64,000 nt of DNA from an uncultured bacterium (GTDB lineage: Bacteria > Eisenbacteria > RBG-16-71-46 > JAFGJU01), in the NCBI GenBank assembly GCA_964570935.1, contig CAZMZP010000063.1:2603-66602 (forward strand), read 5' to 3'. Positions 20,401-31,708 of this stretch are shown here, piece after piece. The position numbers and the translations under genes were made by a program. The notes beneath the pieces are model-generated. The model saw only the letters and a list, made by a program, of their open reading frames with translations. It searched no databases and was not told the DNA's origin. The first letter of the stretch is position 1. Every line of letters starts with the position of its first letter.

Positions 20401-20429
20401 TTGACCTTGGTCCGCCGGGCCTGTAATCT
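20401..20429 (+). promoter_or_regulatory. candidate sigma70 promoter of the atp operon, TTGACC-N17-TAATCT
   Basis: Only promoter-like element in the 570-bp GC-rich gap ahead of atpZ. Weak -10. Confidence 0.3.
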
Positions 20430-20512
20430 TTCAATCTTCAGAACAAGGAAGCCCATCCCCCTCTGGCTACAACTTCAATGTTTCTAAAACGTTGTGGTTG
20501 GGACGAGTGTTT

Positions 20513-20740
20513 ATGGGGAGCAAACCCGAAGAAAGGTACACCATGCTCAGGCAAGCCGGGCTGGTGACGCTCATTCCCTTCCTGCTTCTGGTTTCTCCTC
20601 TCGTAGGCTACTTTCTCGGCCGCTTTCTGGACAGAAAGCTCCATACCTCGTTCTTGTGGATAGTGTTCCTGGGACTGGGGTTCGTCGCCGGAGCGAGAGA
20701 GGTCTATAGGATAATCGTCAGAGTCAGCAAGGAGACCTGA
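20513..20740 (+). CDS. AtpZ / AtpR-like small membrane protein preceding the F-ATPase genes
   Basis: About 75 aa with two TM helices (LVTLIPFLLLVSPLVGYFLGRFLD / FLWIVFLGLGFVAGA). It sits directly upstream of the atpI-like gene. The track ORF opens at a TTG at 20492. Confidence 0.55.
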   Translation: MGSKPEERYTMLRQAGLVTLIPFLLLVSPLVGYFLGRFLDRKLHTSFLWIVFLGLGFVAGAREVYRIIVRVSKET

Positions 20741-20795
20741 CCCCAAGCGCGGCCGGTCCGCGCCCGCGGGGCGCGGGTCCGTCGGAGCGAGACAG

Positions 20796-21209
20796 GTGGG
20801 AGCCGAATACACAGTCAGAATAATCAAGGCCACGGCCGCAGTCGCCCTTCTGACCGCCCTTTTCTGCGCGACTTACTTCTCTCCCGCGGCGGGTGTGGGT
20901 CTGCTCGCCGGCGCGGCGTGGGGCTGCCTGAACCTGTTGGTCACGGGTCACTTCGTCAGGACGCTCGTGGCCGCGGTAAAACCCCGCAAGCTCAGGGTTC
21001 TGGTGCTCTCTTTCATCAAGTTCCCGCTTCTCTATGGGGCGGGTTTTCTGCTTCTGCGCGTCGGGGTCTTTCCTCCGGAGAGTCTGGTTTCCGGGTTTTC
21101 CCTGGTTCTCCTGATAATCGTCCTCAAGGCGCTTGGCGCGAGCGTGGCTGAAAGCCTCGGCCGCGGCCATCTCACCCCGGCCGGCAGGCCGCAAGCAGGG
21201 CGGAGGTAG
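20796..21209 (+). CDS. atpI: ATP synthase protein I-like (AtpI)
   Basis: 137 aa with four hydrophobic helices, GTG start, positioned between atpZ and atpB. Confidence 0.55.
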   Translation: MGAEYTVRIIKATAAVALLTALFCATYFSPAAGVGLLAGAAWGCLNLLVTGHFVRTLVAAVKPRKLRVLVLSFIKFPLLYGAGFLLLRVGVFPPESLVSGFSLVLLIIVLKALGASVAESLGRGHLTPAGRPQAGRR

Positions 21210-21210
21210 A

Positions 21211-22032
21211 GTGCGGCTTCTTCTCGACGTCTATCCACTGATTCTGACGGTAGCGGAAGGGGCGGGGGCCAAGCCGGAGGGCCCTCCGGAAGTTCCCAAC
21301 ATAGTCACTCTTCTGTACGACCGCTTCGGCTCGTACACGTTCGCGCAGTTCCTGCACCATTGGGAAAACGTGTTCTTCTCGGTCCTCATCGCGATCCTGC
21401 TGGGCACGGTGTCGTACGTGGCGTCCAGGAGGCCGGCGCTCGTGCCCAGGGGACTGCAGAATTTCATGGAGATGGTGATAGAGGGGCTGAACAACTTCGT
21501 CTGCGGAATCCTCGGGAAAGAAGGCAGCCACTACGTGCCGTTCCTGGGCACGCTCTTCATCTACGTCCTCTGCATGAACCTGTTCGGTCTGATCCCGGGG
21601 ATGAAGTCGCCGTCTTCCAGCATAAACACCACGGCCGCGCTGGCCATCACCGTGTTCGCGTACGTGCAGTACACCGGCATACGGAAGCTGGGGGTGCTGG
21701 GATACCTGGACCATTTCGCGGGCAGGCCCCGCGACATGATCGGCATTCTGCTCGTCCCGCTCATGTTTCCCCTCCACGTCATAAGCGAGCTGGCGAAGCC
21801 GCTCAGCCTCTCGCTCCGACTTTTCGGGAACATCCTGGGCGAGGACGTGTTGATCGCGGTGTTCGTAGGACTGGGAGTGACGACGGTCGCGTTTCTGCAC
21901 CTGCCCATTGGGATACCGCTCCATTTTCCGTTCATATTCCTGGCGATACTGACCAGCGCGGTCCAGGCGCTTGTCTTCGCTTCTCTGAGCACAATATACT
22001 TTCTGATGATGTTTCCGCACGAGGAACACTAA
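21211..22032 (+). CDS. atpB: F0F1 ATP synthase subunit a
   Basis: Conserved [14 protein letters not shown] motif (Arg of the a-subunit). GTG start at 21211 behind GGAGG is chosen. The ATG at 21133 would overlap atpI. Confidence 0.85.
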   Translation: MRLLLDVYPLILTVAEGAGAKPEGPPEVPNIVTLLYDRFGSYTFAQFLHHWENVFFSVLIAILLGTVSYVASRRPALVPRGLQNFMEMVIEGLNNFVCGILGKEGSHYVPFLGTLFIYVLCMNLFGLIPGMKSPSSSINTTAALAITVFAYVQYTGIRKLGVLGYLDHFAGRPRDMIGILLVPLMFPLHVISELAKPLSLSLRLFGNILGEDVLIAVFVGLGVTTVAFLHLPIGIPLHFPFIFLAILTSAVQALVFASLSTIYFLMMFPHEEH

Positions 22033-22048
22033 CAGAGGAGGTTCTAGC

Positions 22049-22282
22049 ATGCCGTTCCAGACTGCACTCGGTTTCGCGGTTCCGCTGGCCGTCGCGATAG
22101 CCGCGCTCGGCTCCGCCCTGGGTCTGGGAAAGATGGGCGCGTCCGCCATGGAGGCCATCGGAAGACAGCCCGAGGCTGCCGCGAAGATCCAGCTGGCGAT
22201 GATCATCGGTTTCGCGTTCGTGGAAGCTCTGACGATCTACGCCCTGGTCACGATGTTCATCCTTCAGGGCAAAATCAGCTAG
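22049..22282 (+). CDS. atpE: F0F1 ATP synthase subunit c
   Basis: 77 aa, [20 protein letters not shown]...[11 protein letters not shown] hairpin with the conserved carboxylate. Confidence 0.9.
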   Translation: MPFQTALGFAVPLAVAIAALGSALGLGKMGASAMEAIGRQPEAAAKIQLAMIIGFAFVEALTIYALVTMFILQGKIS

Positions 22283-22403
22283 CGTTCAGTCCCTGCGCCA
22301 CGGACGTGAGTCGCCGCGAGCGCGGCAAAGACGCGCTCGACGGTTCGGCTTCTGTCTCTGCGCGCGGTCTCAACAAGACGGATCAGTCCGTTCGAAGGCG
22401 TCT

Positions 22404-22898
22404 ATGGAGCTCGACTACGGTCAAATAGTTGCTCAGATACTCGGGTTTCTAATAGTGCTCTGGATAATGAAGAGGTTGGCCTGGAAACCCTTCCTCAAGA
22501 TACTGGACGACAGAAAGGCCAGGATTCAATCGGAACTGGCCGAGGCGGAGAACAAGCGTCTGGGCGCGGAGAAGCTTGAGCAACAGTACAGCGAGAGGCT
22601 CCGCGACATAGACGCCGAGGCCCGGACCCGCGTGCAGGCCGCGGTCAAGAACGCCGAGAAGATAGCGGCGGAGATAAAGGAGGAGGCCAGGCGGGACGGC
22701 AAGGACATCCTGGGAAGGGCCAGGGACGAGATCGAACGGGACAAGACGCAGGCCCTCGTCGAGCTCAGGAACGACGTCGTCAACATGGCCCTCAGGGCCT
22801 CCGAGAAGGTTCTCAGGGAGAACCTGGACGAGACCAGGCACAGAAAAGCCATCGCCGATTTCGTCAAGGACATGGAACACCTGGATGAGCAATCTTAG
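22404..22898 (+). CDS. atpF: F0F1 ATP synthase subunit b
   Basis: Single N-terminal TM, then a long charged helix. Confidence 0.85.
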   Translation: MELDYGQIVAQILGFLIVLWIMKRLAWKPFLKILDDRKARIQSELAEAENKRLGAEKLEQQYSERLRDIDAEARTRVQAAVKNAEKIAAEIKEEARRDGKDILGRARDEIERDKTQALVELRNDVVNMALRASEKVLRENLDETRHRKAIADFVKDMEHLDEQS

Positions 22899-23433
22899 CG
22901 TCTCAAGAAACTACGCGTCCGCCCTCTTCCACATGGTGAAGAAGGCCGGCGCCACCGTCCGCGTTCGCGGAGACCTGGAAGGCCTCGTGCGGCTGCTGGA
23001 CGAGTCGCCCGACTTCCTGTCCTTTCTCGAATCACCGGGCATCGCGCAGGAGGAGAAGACGAGACTACTCGAGCGCGCGCTCAGCGGGAAAGTGGACGAT
23101 TCCCTGCTCACGTTCATGTTTCTCGTCCTGAAGCGCGACCGGGTCGCGCTGCTCCCCGGGATTCTGTCCGAGTTCGAGAAGCTCGATGAGGAAGAGCGCG
23201 GCGTCCGGCGCGCCGAGGTGGTGTCCGCGGTTCCGCTCAGCAAGTACGAAAGGGAACTCATCGTATCGAAACTCCAGAGAATCACTGGGAAAGAAATACT
23301 CCTTCGGGACAGGGTGGACCCCGAGATCATCGGGGGAGTCGTAGTCTACGTGAACGGTGACGTGATTGACGGGAGCATCCGCGCGCAGCTCGCGGAGCTC
23401 AGGGCGACGCTGCTCGCCGTGTCAGTGCCCTAG
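22885..23433 (+). CDS. atpH: F0F1 ATP synthase subunit delta (OSCP)
   Basis: N-terminus [10 protein letters not shown]. Length 182 aa. Position between b and alpha. Confidence 0.8.
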   Translation: MSNLSVSRNYASALFHMVKKAGATVRVRGDLEGLVRLLDESPDFLSFLESPGIAQEEKTRLLERALSGKVDDSLLTFMFLVLKRDRVALLPGILSEFEKLDEEERGVRRAEVVSAVPLSKYERELIVSKLQRITGKEILLRDRVDPEIIGGVVVYVNGDVIDGSIRAQLAELRATLLAVSVP

Positions 23434-23455
23434 CAGCACAGGCAAAGGAGACACA

Positions 23456-24973
23456 ATGGCATTCAAGCCGGAAGAGGTCAGCACCGTAATCGGCCAGGAG
23501 CTCGAAAAGTACCGCGGCAAGCTCGAGATGAAGAGCGTCGGCACCGTCATACAGGTCGGAGACGGGATAGCGCGGGTCTGGGGACTGGACGACGTGATGG
23601 CGGGCGAGCTGGTCAAGTTCCCGAACGACGTAATGGGCATGGTGCTCAACCTCGAAACCGACACCGTCGGCGTGGTCGTGTTCGGCTCCAACGAGGCCAT
23701 CAGGGAAGGCGACGTCGTCAGCAGGACCGGCACGGTCGCGCAGGTTCCCGTGGGCGAGGTTCTCCTGGGAAGAGTCGTGAACGCGCTGGGACAGCCGGTA
23801 GACGGGAAGGGCGCGATAGCCGCATCCAAGTTCAGGCCGCTGGAGGGCAGAGCGCCGAACGTCATCGAGCGGCGGCCCGTCCAGCAGCCGGTGCAGACCG
23901 GCATAAAGGCCGTGGATTCGATGATCCCCATCGGGAGGGGACAGAGGGAGCTCATAATCGGCGACAGGCAGACCGGCAAGGGCGCCCTGGCCATAGACAC
24001 GATAATCAATCAGAAGGGTCAGAACCTCTACTGCATCTACGTGGCAATAGGCCAGAAAGAATCTACCGTCGCGCGCGTGGTGAAGATCCTGGAAGACCAC
24101 GGCGCCATGGAGCACACGACGGTCGTTGTGGCCACCGCCAGCGAGCCGGCGCCCATGCTGTACATAGCGCCGTACTCCGGCTGCGCGATGGGGGAGGAGT
24201 TCCTCTACAACGGAAAGGACGTGCTCTGCATATACGACGATCTCTCCAAGCACGCGCAGGCGTACAGACAGCTCTCTCTCCTGCTCCGAAGACCGCCCGG
24301 GAGAGAGGCCTATCCGGGTGACGTGTTCTACCTGCACTCCAGACTGCTCGAGCGCTCCGCCAAGCTGTCGGAGGAGCTCGGAGGAGGCTCGCTCACGGCG
24401 ATCCCGATCATCGAGACCCAGGCGGGAGACGTGTCCGCGTACATACCCACGAATGTTATTTCAATCACGGACGGCCAGATCTACCTCGAAGGAGACCTTT
24501 TCTACGCCGGAATAAGGCCGGCCATCAACGTCGGCATCTCCGTGTCGCGAGTCGGCGGCAAGGCACAGACACAGGCCATGAGAAAAGTCGCGGGCCGTCT
24601 GCGTCTGGACCTCGCCCAGTACTACGAGCTGGCCGCCTTCGCCCAGTTCGGGTCCGACCTGGACAAGATCACTCTGGCCCAGCTCGCCAGAGGTCAGCGG
24701 GTGGTGGAGGTTCTCAAGCAGCCCCAGTACGAGCCCATGTCGCTGGAAAAACAGGTGGCGATAATCTACGCTGCGGTGTCGGGCTCCCTGGACGAGCTGC
24801 CGGTCGAGTCCGTGAGGCGTTTTGAGACGGAATTCCTGGCGTTTCTTGACAGCGAATACCCGGACGTTCTGCACGAGATAAGACAGACAAAGGACCTGCC
24901 GCAGTCCGCCGAGACAGAGTTGAAAAAGGCCCTCGGGGCTTTCGTAGAGAAATTCAAGAAGACGCTTGCCTAG
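23456..24973 (+). CDS. atpA: F0F1 ATP synthase subunit alpha
   Basis: Starts [17 protein letters not shown]-loop GDRQTGKT. The track ORF begins 90 nt upstream, but the ATG at 23456 follows AAAGGAG. Confidence 0.95.
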   Translation: MAFKPEEVSTVIGQELEKYRGKLEMKSVGTVIQVGDGIARVWGLDDVMAGELVKFPNDVMGMVLNLETDTVGVVVFGSNEAIREGDVVSRTGTVAQVPVGEVLLGRVVNALGQPVDGKGAIAASKFRPLEGRAPNVIERRPVQQPVQTGIKAVDSMIPIGRGQRELIIGDRQTGKGALAIDTIINQKGQNLYCIYVAIGQKESTVARVVKILEDHGAMEHTTVVVATASEPAPMLYIAPYSGCAMGEEFLYNGKDVLCIYDDLSKHAQAYRQLSLLLRRPPGREAYPGDVFYLHSRLLERSAKLSEELGGGSLTAIPIIETQAGDVSAYIPTNVISITDGQIYLEGDLFYAGIRPAINVGISVSRVGGKAQTQAMRKVAGRLRLDLAQYYELAAFAQFGSDLDKITLAQLARGQRVVEVLKQPQYEPMSLEKQVAIIYAAVSGSLDELPVESVRRFETEFLAFLDSEYPDVLHEIRQTKDLPQSAETELKKALGAFVEKFKKTLA

Positions 24974-25032
24974 AGGCAGGTCGTGCACCGGACACTCGGG
25001 GCCCTGCAGGGGCAACACGGGGAGACAGCGAC

Positions 25033-25902
25033 GTGCTTTCGCTTCGGGACATAAGGCGACGGATAAAGAGCGTTCAGAGCACCAGGCAGATCGCCCGGGC
25101 CATGGAGATGGTGTCGGCCGCCCGTCTGAAGCGTTCGCAGGCGCGCCTCGCCGCAGCACGGCCTTATGCGGACAAGATGGACGCCGTGGTGAAGAGGATA
25201 TCGCATTCCGGCGAATCGCAGGCGCACCCGTTCCTCGTCCCTCGGGCGCCGGTGGCGACCGGCGTGTGCGTGATCGCTTCGGACAGGGGGCTCTGCGGCG
25301 CGTTCAATTCGAACGTGATATCGAAGGCGGACGAACTGGCCGGAGAGCTCGCACGCAAGGAGGGCTGCGTCAGCGTACGGTTCTCGCCGGTGGGCAGAAA
25401 GGCCGCCAACCACTACAGAAGAAGAGGAGAAGACGTCCTCTGCCATTTTCCGGAGCTGGGGGCCTTCGCGGACGTGAGTCTCACGCACCAGCTCTCGGCA
25501 CGACTGATGGAATATTTCCTGAACGGCGGGCTGGACGAGGTGTGGCTGGTGTACACGCATTTCGTGTCGTCCGGCTCGCGCAGGGTGGTTGCGGAGAGGC
25601 TCCTGCCGCTCGCCCAGGAGGAGGAAGACTCTACCGGTGAGGGGTACGGCTACATCTTCGAGCCGCCCGCCGCCCAACTGCTGGGCACCCTGCTTCCCAG
25701 GTACATAGAAATGAGAGTGTTCATGGCCGTTGCCGAATCGTGCGCCTCTGAGCACTCGGCCAGGATGGTCGCCATGAGTTTCGCGACTAAGAACGCCGAC
25801 GACATGGGCTACGAGCTCACCCTGGCGCGAAACAGGGCGAGACAGAGCGCGATCACGAAGGAGATTGCGGACATAGTTGGAACGGCCGAGGCGGTGAGAT
25901 AG
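25033..25902 (+). CDS. atpG: F0F1 ATP synthase subunit gamma
   Basis: MLSLRDIRRRIKSVQSTRQIARAMEMVSAARL, the canonical gamma N-terminus. Confidence 0.9.
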   Translation: MLSLRDIRRRIKSVQSTRQIARAMEMVSAARLKRSQARLAAARPYADKMDAVVKRISHSGESQAHPFLVPRAPVATGVCVIASDRGLCGAFNSNVISKADELAGELARKEGCVSVRFSPVGRKAANHYRRRGEDVLCHFPELGAFADVSLTHQLSARLMEYFLNGGLDEVWLVYTHFVSSGSRRVVAERLLPLAQEEEDSTGEGYGYIFEPPAAQLLGTLLPRYIEMRVFMAVAESCASEHSARMVAMSFATKNADDMGYELTLARNRARQSAITKEIADIVGTAEAVR

Positions 25903-25933
25903 CTTACCCCCGGGGCCGGCTTCCGCGCTTTGA

Positions 25934-27400
<1,467 letters not shown>

Positions 27401-27477
27401 CCCGAAGCGCTGCGCCGAGGACGGCCTACCGCTCCCGACGACGCCGTCGCGAGCGGTTCGCTTACAGGACGAATCAA

Positions 27478-27894
27478 GTGGCTGAACTTTTCAGACTGAA
27501 GATTCTCACGCTCGAGAAGAGCGCCTACGACGCCGACGTGACGTCCATCATAGTGCACGGCATGGAGGGTTACTTCGGCGTGCTGGCCCATCACGCGCCC
27601 CTGACCGCGGCGCTTCTGCCCGGTAAGCTCACGGTGATAGACGCCGAGGGCACGGAAAGCATCTACGCGGTGAGCGGCGGGTTCCTCGAAGTCTCCGGCA
27701 ACGTGGCCACGCTACTCGCCGACGCCATCGAGCAGGCGTGCGACATCGACCTGGCCAGGGCGGAGGCGGCCAGGGAAAAGGCCTTCAAGATGCTGTGCTC
27801 CGTAGAGGCCAACCCCGACGCCGCCGGCGCGAGGTCCGCCTTCACGAGGGCCATCAACCGCATTCAGGTCTGCCGCCTCCAGAAGCCCGAATAG
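27478..27894 (+). CDS. atpC: F0F1 ATP synthase subunit epsilon
   Basis: 138 aa, GTG start, LKILTLEKSAYDADVTSIIV... typical epsilon beta-sandwich start. Confidence 0.85.
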   Translation: MAELFRLKILTLEKSAYDADVTSIIVHGMEGYFGVLAHHAPLTAALLPGKLTVIDAEGTESIYAVSGGFLEVSGNVATLLADAIEQACDIDLARAEAAREKAFKMLCSVEANPDAAGARSAFTRAINRIQVCRLQKPE

Positions 27895-28015
27895 CGGAGA
27901 GCGGGCGTCGGGCGGGCGTTGGATACGGCGCGGCGCGCGGGACGCGCAGACGGGGACGCGGACTCTAGCGGCTGACCTCACGAGCCCCCCCGTTTCGCGG
28001 AGGAGATTCACCCCT

Positions 28016-29056
28016 GTGCTGGTCTTAGGAATCGAGACTTCCTGCGACGACACCGCGGCGGCGGTGCTCAGAGACGGGAAGGAGATCCTTTCGAACGTCG
28101 TCTCGTCGCAATCAGTGCACCAGCTGTACGGCGGCGTGGTGCCGGAGATAGCGTCCAGGTATCACATCACACTTGTGGTGCCTGTTGTGAAGGCCGCGCT
28201 AAGAGAAGCCGGCGTGACGCTGGAGGAGATCGACGGAATCGCGGCCACCATGGGCCCAGGCCTCATCGGCTCGCTCCTGGTGGGACTCTGCTTCGGCAAG
28301 GCGCTGGCGTTCGCGACGAGGAAACCCTGGGTGGGCGTGAATCACATCGAAGCGCACCTGTTCGCGGTCCTGGCGGAGGCCCGGGAGCTGGCCCCGCCGT
28401 TTCTGGGACTGTGCGTGTCTGGCGGACACACCGAGCTTGTGTACGTACGGGAGTTCGGACAATACGAGCTTGTCGGCTCGACCGTCGACGACGCAGCCGG
28501 TGAGGCGATAGACAAGGTCGCCAAGATGATGGGCCTGGGGTTTCCGGGCGGGCCGGAGATTGAAGCCCTCGCCGCCGCGGGCGACCCGGACCGGATCGCC
28601 TTCCCAAAGGCGAAGCTGAAGCGAGCGGGCATGGACATGAGCTTCAGCGGGCTCAAGACGGCGGTCAAGTACTACCTTGAAACCCATGCGCCGCTGACGG
28701 AGGAGTTGAAGCGTGACGTTGCCGCGTCCTTCCAGCGCACTGTCAACGAGGTGCTGGTTCAGAAGTTGGCGGAGGCCTGCGAGGTCAAAGACGTCCGCCA
28801 AGCCGTGCTGGCAGGCGGTGTCGCGTGCAACACTGCGTTGAGAAGAGCAGCGGCCGCCGCATGCGAAGAGCGCAGCGTGGAATTGCTGATACCGTCGCCG
28901 CCCCTTTGCTCGGACAACGCTGCCATGGTTGCCGTTGCGGGCACGCTCCGGCTCGAAGCCGGCGAGCGCTCACCCCTCGGACTCTGCGCGTGCTCGACGC
29001 TGGAGGAAGTACTTACTACTTGTTCCTCTGTATCGCGCCCGACTTCTCCTGTTTGA
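28016..29056 (+). CDS. tsaD: tRNA N6-adenosine threonylcarbamoyltransferase
   Basis: LVLGIETSCDDTAAAV, then HIEAHL and the GGVACN motif, the Kae1/TsaD family. GTG start after GGAGGAG. Confidence 0.9.
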   Translation: MLVLGIETSCDDTAAAVLRDGKEILSNVVSSQSVHQLYGGVVPEIASRYHITLVVPVVKAALREAGVTLEEIDGIAATMGPGLIGSLLVGLCFGKALAFATRKPWVGVNHIEAHLFAVLAEARELAPPFLGLCVSGGHTELVYVREFGQYELVGSTVDDAAGEAIDKVAKMMGLGFPGGPEIEALAAAGDPDRIAFPKAKLKRAGMDMSFSGLKTAVKYYLETHAPLTEELKRDVAASFQRTVNEVLVQKLAEACEVKDVRQAVLAGGVACNTALRRAAAAACEERSVELLIPSPPLCSDNAAMVAVAGTLRLEAGERSPLGLCACSTLEEVLTTCSSVSRPTSPV

Positions 29057-30308
29057 TGCGGCGGACCGCGGCCTCGAGCTGAGAGTCCGCGCCTCTCAGG
29101 AGCATCTCACGGCTCAGCGCCACCTCGACGTCCGGGACGACACCGCTCCCTTCAAGTACGACGCCGTCAGGAGTACTGAGTTGGGCGACCGGATACATGA
29201 GAATGGCCCCGCCGGGTAGCATAGTGATGTCGGACTCCGTGACTGACCCTGGGCTGCGATCGCCGACCACCGTTGCACGCTTAGCACCCTGCAGACTGGC
29301 GGCAAGAAGCTCACTTGCCGAACCGCTTGTCACGTCGGTGAGCAAGACCATGGGGCCTCTGTAGGCGGTGTCGGAGGGAGCGGAGAAGACATCGGACTTG
29401 CCTTCCCTGGTTTTCCTTTGGAAAAGAAGTGTCTTCTCCACCAGAAAGAGGTCCGCCATTCCCTCTATCTCTCCTCCGGAATTTCCGCGCAGGTCGAAGA
29501 CGAGCCCGGACAGGTCTCCCATGGACTTGATCGCGGCGGCAATCTGAGGAGCCAGCTGAGGCTGAAGAGTGTTCAGGCGCACGTAGCCGATTCCGTCGTC
29601 CAGCCGCTTCATCTCGAACTCTATGGCCATGAAGAGCCTGCCGCCCGGCCCCACCGCGACTCCCGTCCGCTTTGTCCTCGCGATTATGCTCTGGTGCGTC
29701 TCACCCCTCCCGTCCGTGTACGCGACGGCGACCTCGGCCCCCGGGGTGCCGTAGATGCGTCCCATGATTCCCTTGGTGACCTGGGCGATTCGGTTGCGGT
29801 CGTTGCGCGGGGGCATGTCCCGGCGTACCTCCTTTTCGATCTGCGCGACGGGAACGCTGTCCACGGCCTGAATGACGTACCCGGGCCGAAGACCGGCATC
29901 GTAGGCTGGCGACCGAAAATCCACCGACGTAATCACGGCCTCACCATCGAGCATTCTCAGACCTACCCCGATGCCGCCAGGTGCGAACACGGCCGGTTCG
30001 ACCGCCTGAAGGAGCCCGGGCGGGACAAGGGCGGCGTGTGAGACGTTCAGCTCCCAGAGCATCTTGTTGACGAGAGCGTAGAATGTCTCGTCGTCTTCTG
30101 CCGAGGCAATCTGGGGCGAGTAGACGTCGTGGACCGTCCGCCAATCTAGGCCCCCAAAGGACGTGTCGAAATACGTCTCGTTGACCTTCTTCCATATTGC
30201 CTCGAACCCGGCGGCGTACCCCTCCTTGTTCGTCTGGGAGACTGCAACTCCTGAGCACGTAGATAGACAGGCAATCACGATGAGCGAGGTAACGATTCTG
30301 TGGGTCAT
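29016..30308 (-). CDS. S41 family C-terminal processing peptidase with PDZ domain, secreted
   Basis: Signal peptide MTHRIVTSLIVIACLSTCSG. PDZ segment. Catalytic region GNSGGEIEG...MVLLTDVTSGSASELLAASL. Start trimmed to the ATG at 30308. Confidence 0.75.
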   Translation of the reverse strand: MTHRIVTSLIVIACLSTCSGVAVSQTNKEGYAAGFEAIWKKVNETYFDTSFGGLDWRTVHDVYSPQIASAEDDETFYALVNKMLWELNVSHAALVPPGLLQAVEPAVFAPGGIGVGLRMLDGEAVITSVDFRSPAYDAGLRPGYVIQAVDSVPVAQIEKEVRRDMPPRNDRNRIAQVTKGIMGRIYGTPGAEVAVAYTDGRGETHQSIIARTKRTGVAVGPGGRLFMAIEFEMKRLDDGIGYVRLNTLQPQLAPQIAAAIKSMGDLSGLVFDLRGNSGGEIEGMADLFLVEKTLLFQRKTREGKSDVFSAPSDTAYRGPMVLLTDVTSGSASELLAASLQGAKRATVVGDRSPGSVTESDITMLPGGAILMYPVAQLSTPDGVVLEGSGVVPDVEVALSREMLLRGADSQLEAAVRRIKQEKSGAIQRNK

Positions 30309-30714
30309 GGCGGTTCCCTCCTGGCATGTCAGGCCGCAACGATAGTACTTCCTCTTGGTGCGCAATTCCAGCCTTCTTGTCGTGCTGGGTAGGCGCTGGA
30401 GTCCCGCGCGCTCCCGCCGGGGCCGGAGGCTGGACTTCGTTGCTCGGCGCGGAACACTCTGAAACTTAAACGAATTAGCCGTCCTGTTGCGCAATGCGAG
30501 TCGCTTCGCAAAGTGCAACGCCTCCAGCCCGCGAGTGGCCGCCGCCCGGCCAATCGTCCTACCGACCCACACCGCAATCTGTTTATTGACAATGCGTTAT
30601 GCCCCCCGGCCCGCCGCCGCCGCCGGCCGGTCACTGGCACACTTATTGCGTTCCCCGAACACAGGCGTCCAACCGTCGCAGTGTCTTCATCGATTATTTC
30701 GGAAGGAGAAGTGC

Positions 30715-31677
30715 TTGAAGCAGAGAATCCTCGTCGCCGAGGACGACACCAACATCAGGCACGTGCTCAAGATTCAACTGGAAGGCGCGGGCTACGAAGT
30801 AGTCGCGGCCGAGGACGGCATCAAGGCGCTCGAGGAAGTCAGCCGGCAGGTGCCCGACTTGATACTTCTGGACATCATGATGCCCAAGATGGACGGCTAC
30901 GAGCTCTGCAGGTATCTCAAAGCCGACTTCCGCACGAGCAAGGTCCCGATAATCATGCTGACCGCCAAGTCCACCGAGAACGACAAGGTGAACGGCCTGG
31001 AGCTAGGTGCCAACGACTACCTCACAAAGCCGTACAGCTCCAAGGAGCTCCTGGCCAGGGTGAAAGGCCTTCTCCAGTGGAGCAACTCAGAGCGGGAGGC
31101 CAACCCGCTCACCGGTCTTCCGGGCAACATCGCTATCGAAAAGGAGCTCAAGCGGAGAGTCGATTCCCGGAAGCCGTTTGTGTTTGCCATGTGCGACGTG
31201 GACTACTTCAAGGCGTACAACGACCGTTACGGCTACGCCAGGGGCGACCAGGGGATAAGGATGGCGGCCTCCGTCATCACCGACGCCGTGCACGAGCGCG
31301 GCGCCGCCGATGACTTCGTAGGCCACATAGGCGGGGACGACTTCGTGTTCATCAGCACCCCGAACAGGGCCGACCACATCGGAGAGCGCATCACGGCTGA
31401 CTTCGAGCAGAGAGTGAACTTCCTCTATGACGAGGCCGACCGCAGGAGGGGATACATCGAAGTGCAGAACCGCAGGGGAGAGGCGGAACGGTTCGGTCCA
31501 ATGACTATCACGATCGCCCTGGTGGACAGCCAGAGGCACAACATAGAGCACTTCGCGCAGGTGAGCGCGATCGCGGCGGAGCTCAAGTCGTACGGCAAGT
31601 CCCTGCCCGGCAGCGTCGTCGTGAAAGAACGGAGAACAGCACAGGAGCGGGTGCCGGACACAAAGACCGGCACGTAG
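30715..31677 (+). CDS. response regulator with a GGDEF-family domain carrying a non-canonical GGDDF motif
   Basis: TTG start after AAGGAGAAG. REC domain (ILVAEDD...DLILLDIMMP...KPY). GGDEF domain begins NPLTGLPGN. The active-site motif reads HIGGDDFVF, and no RxxD I-site precedes it. Confidence 0.75.
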   Translation: MKQRILVAEDDTNIRHVLKIQLEGAGYEVVAAEDGIKALEEVSRQVPDLILLDIMMPKMDGYELCRYLKADFRTSKVPIIMLTAKSTENDKVNGLELGANDYLTKPYSSKELLARVKGLLQWSNSEREANPLTGLPGNIAIEKELKRRVDSRKPFVFAMCDVDYFKAYNDRYGYARGDQGIRMAASVITDAVHERGAADDFVGHIGGDDFVFISTPNRADHIGERITADFEQRVNFLYDEADRRRGYIEVQNRRGEAERFGPMTITIALVDSQRHNIEHFAQVSAIAAELKSYGKSLPGSVVVKERRTAQERVPDTKTGT

Positions 31678-31708
31678 AATAAATGCACAAGTTACCAGGA
31701 AGCGCAAA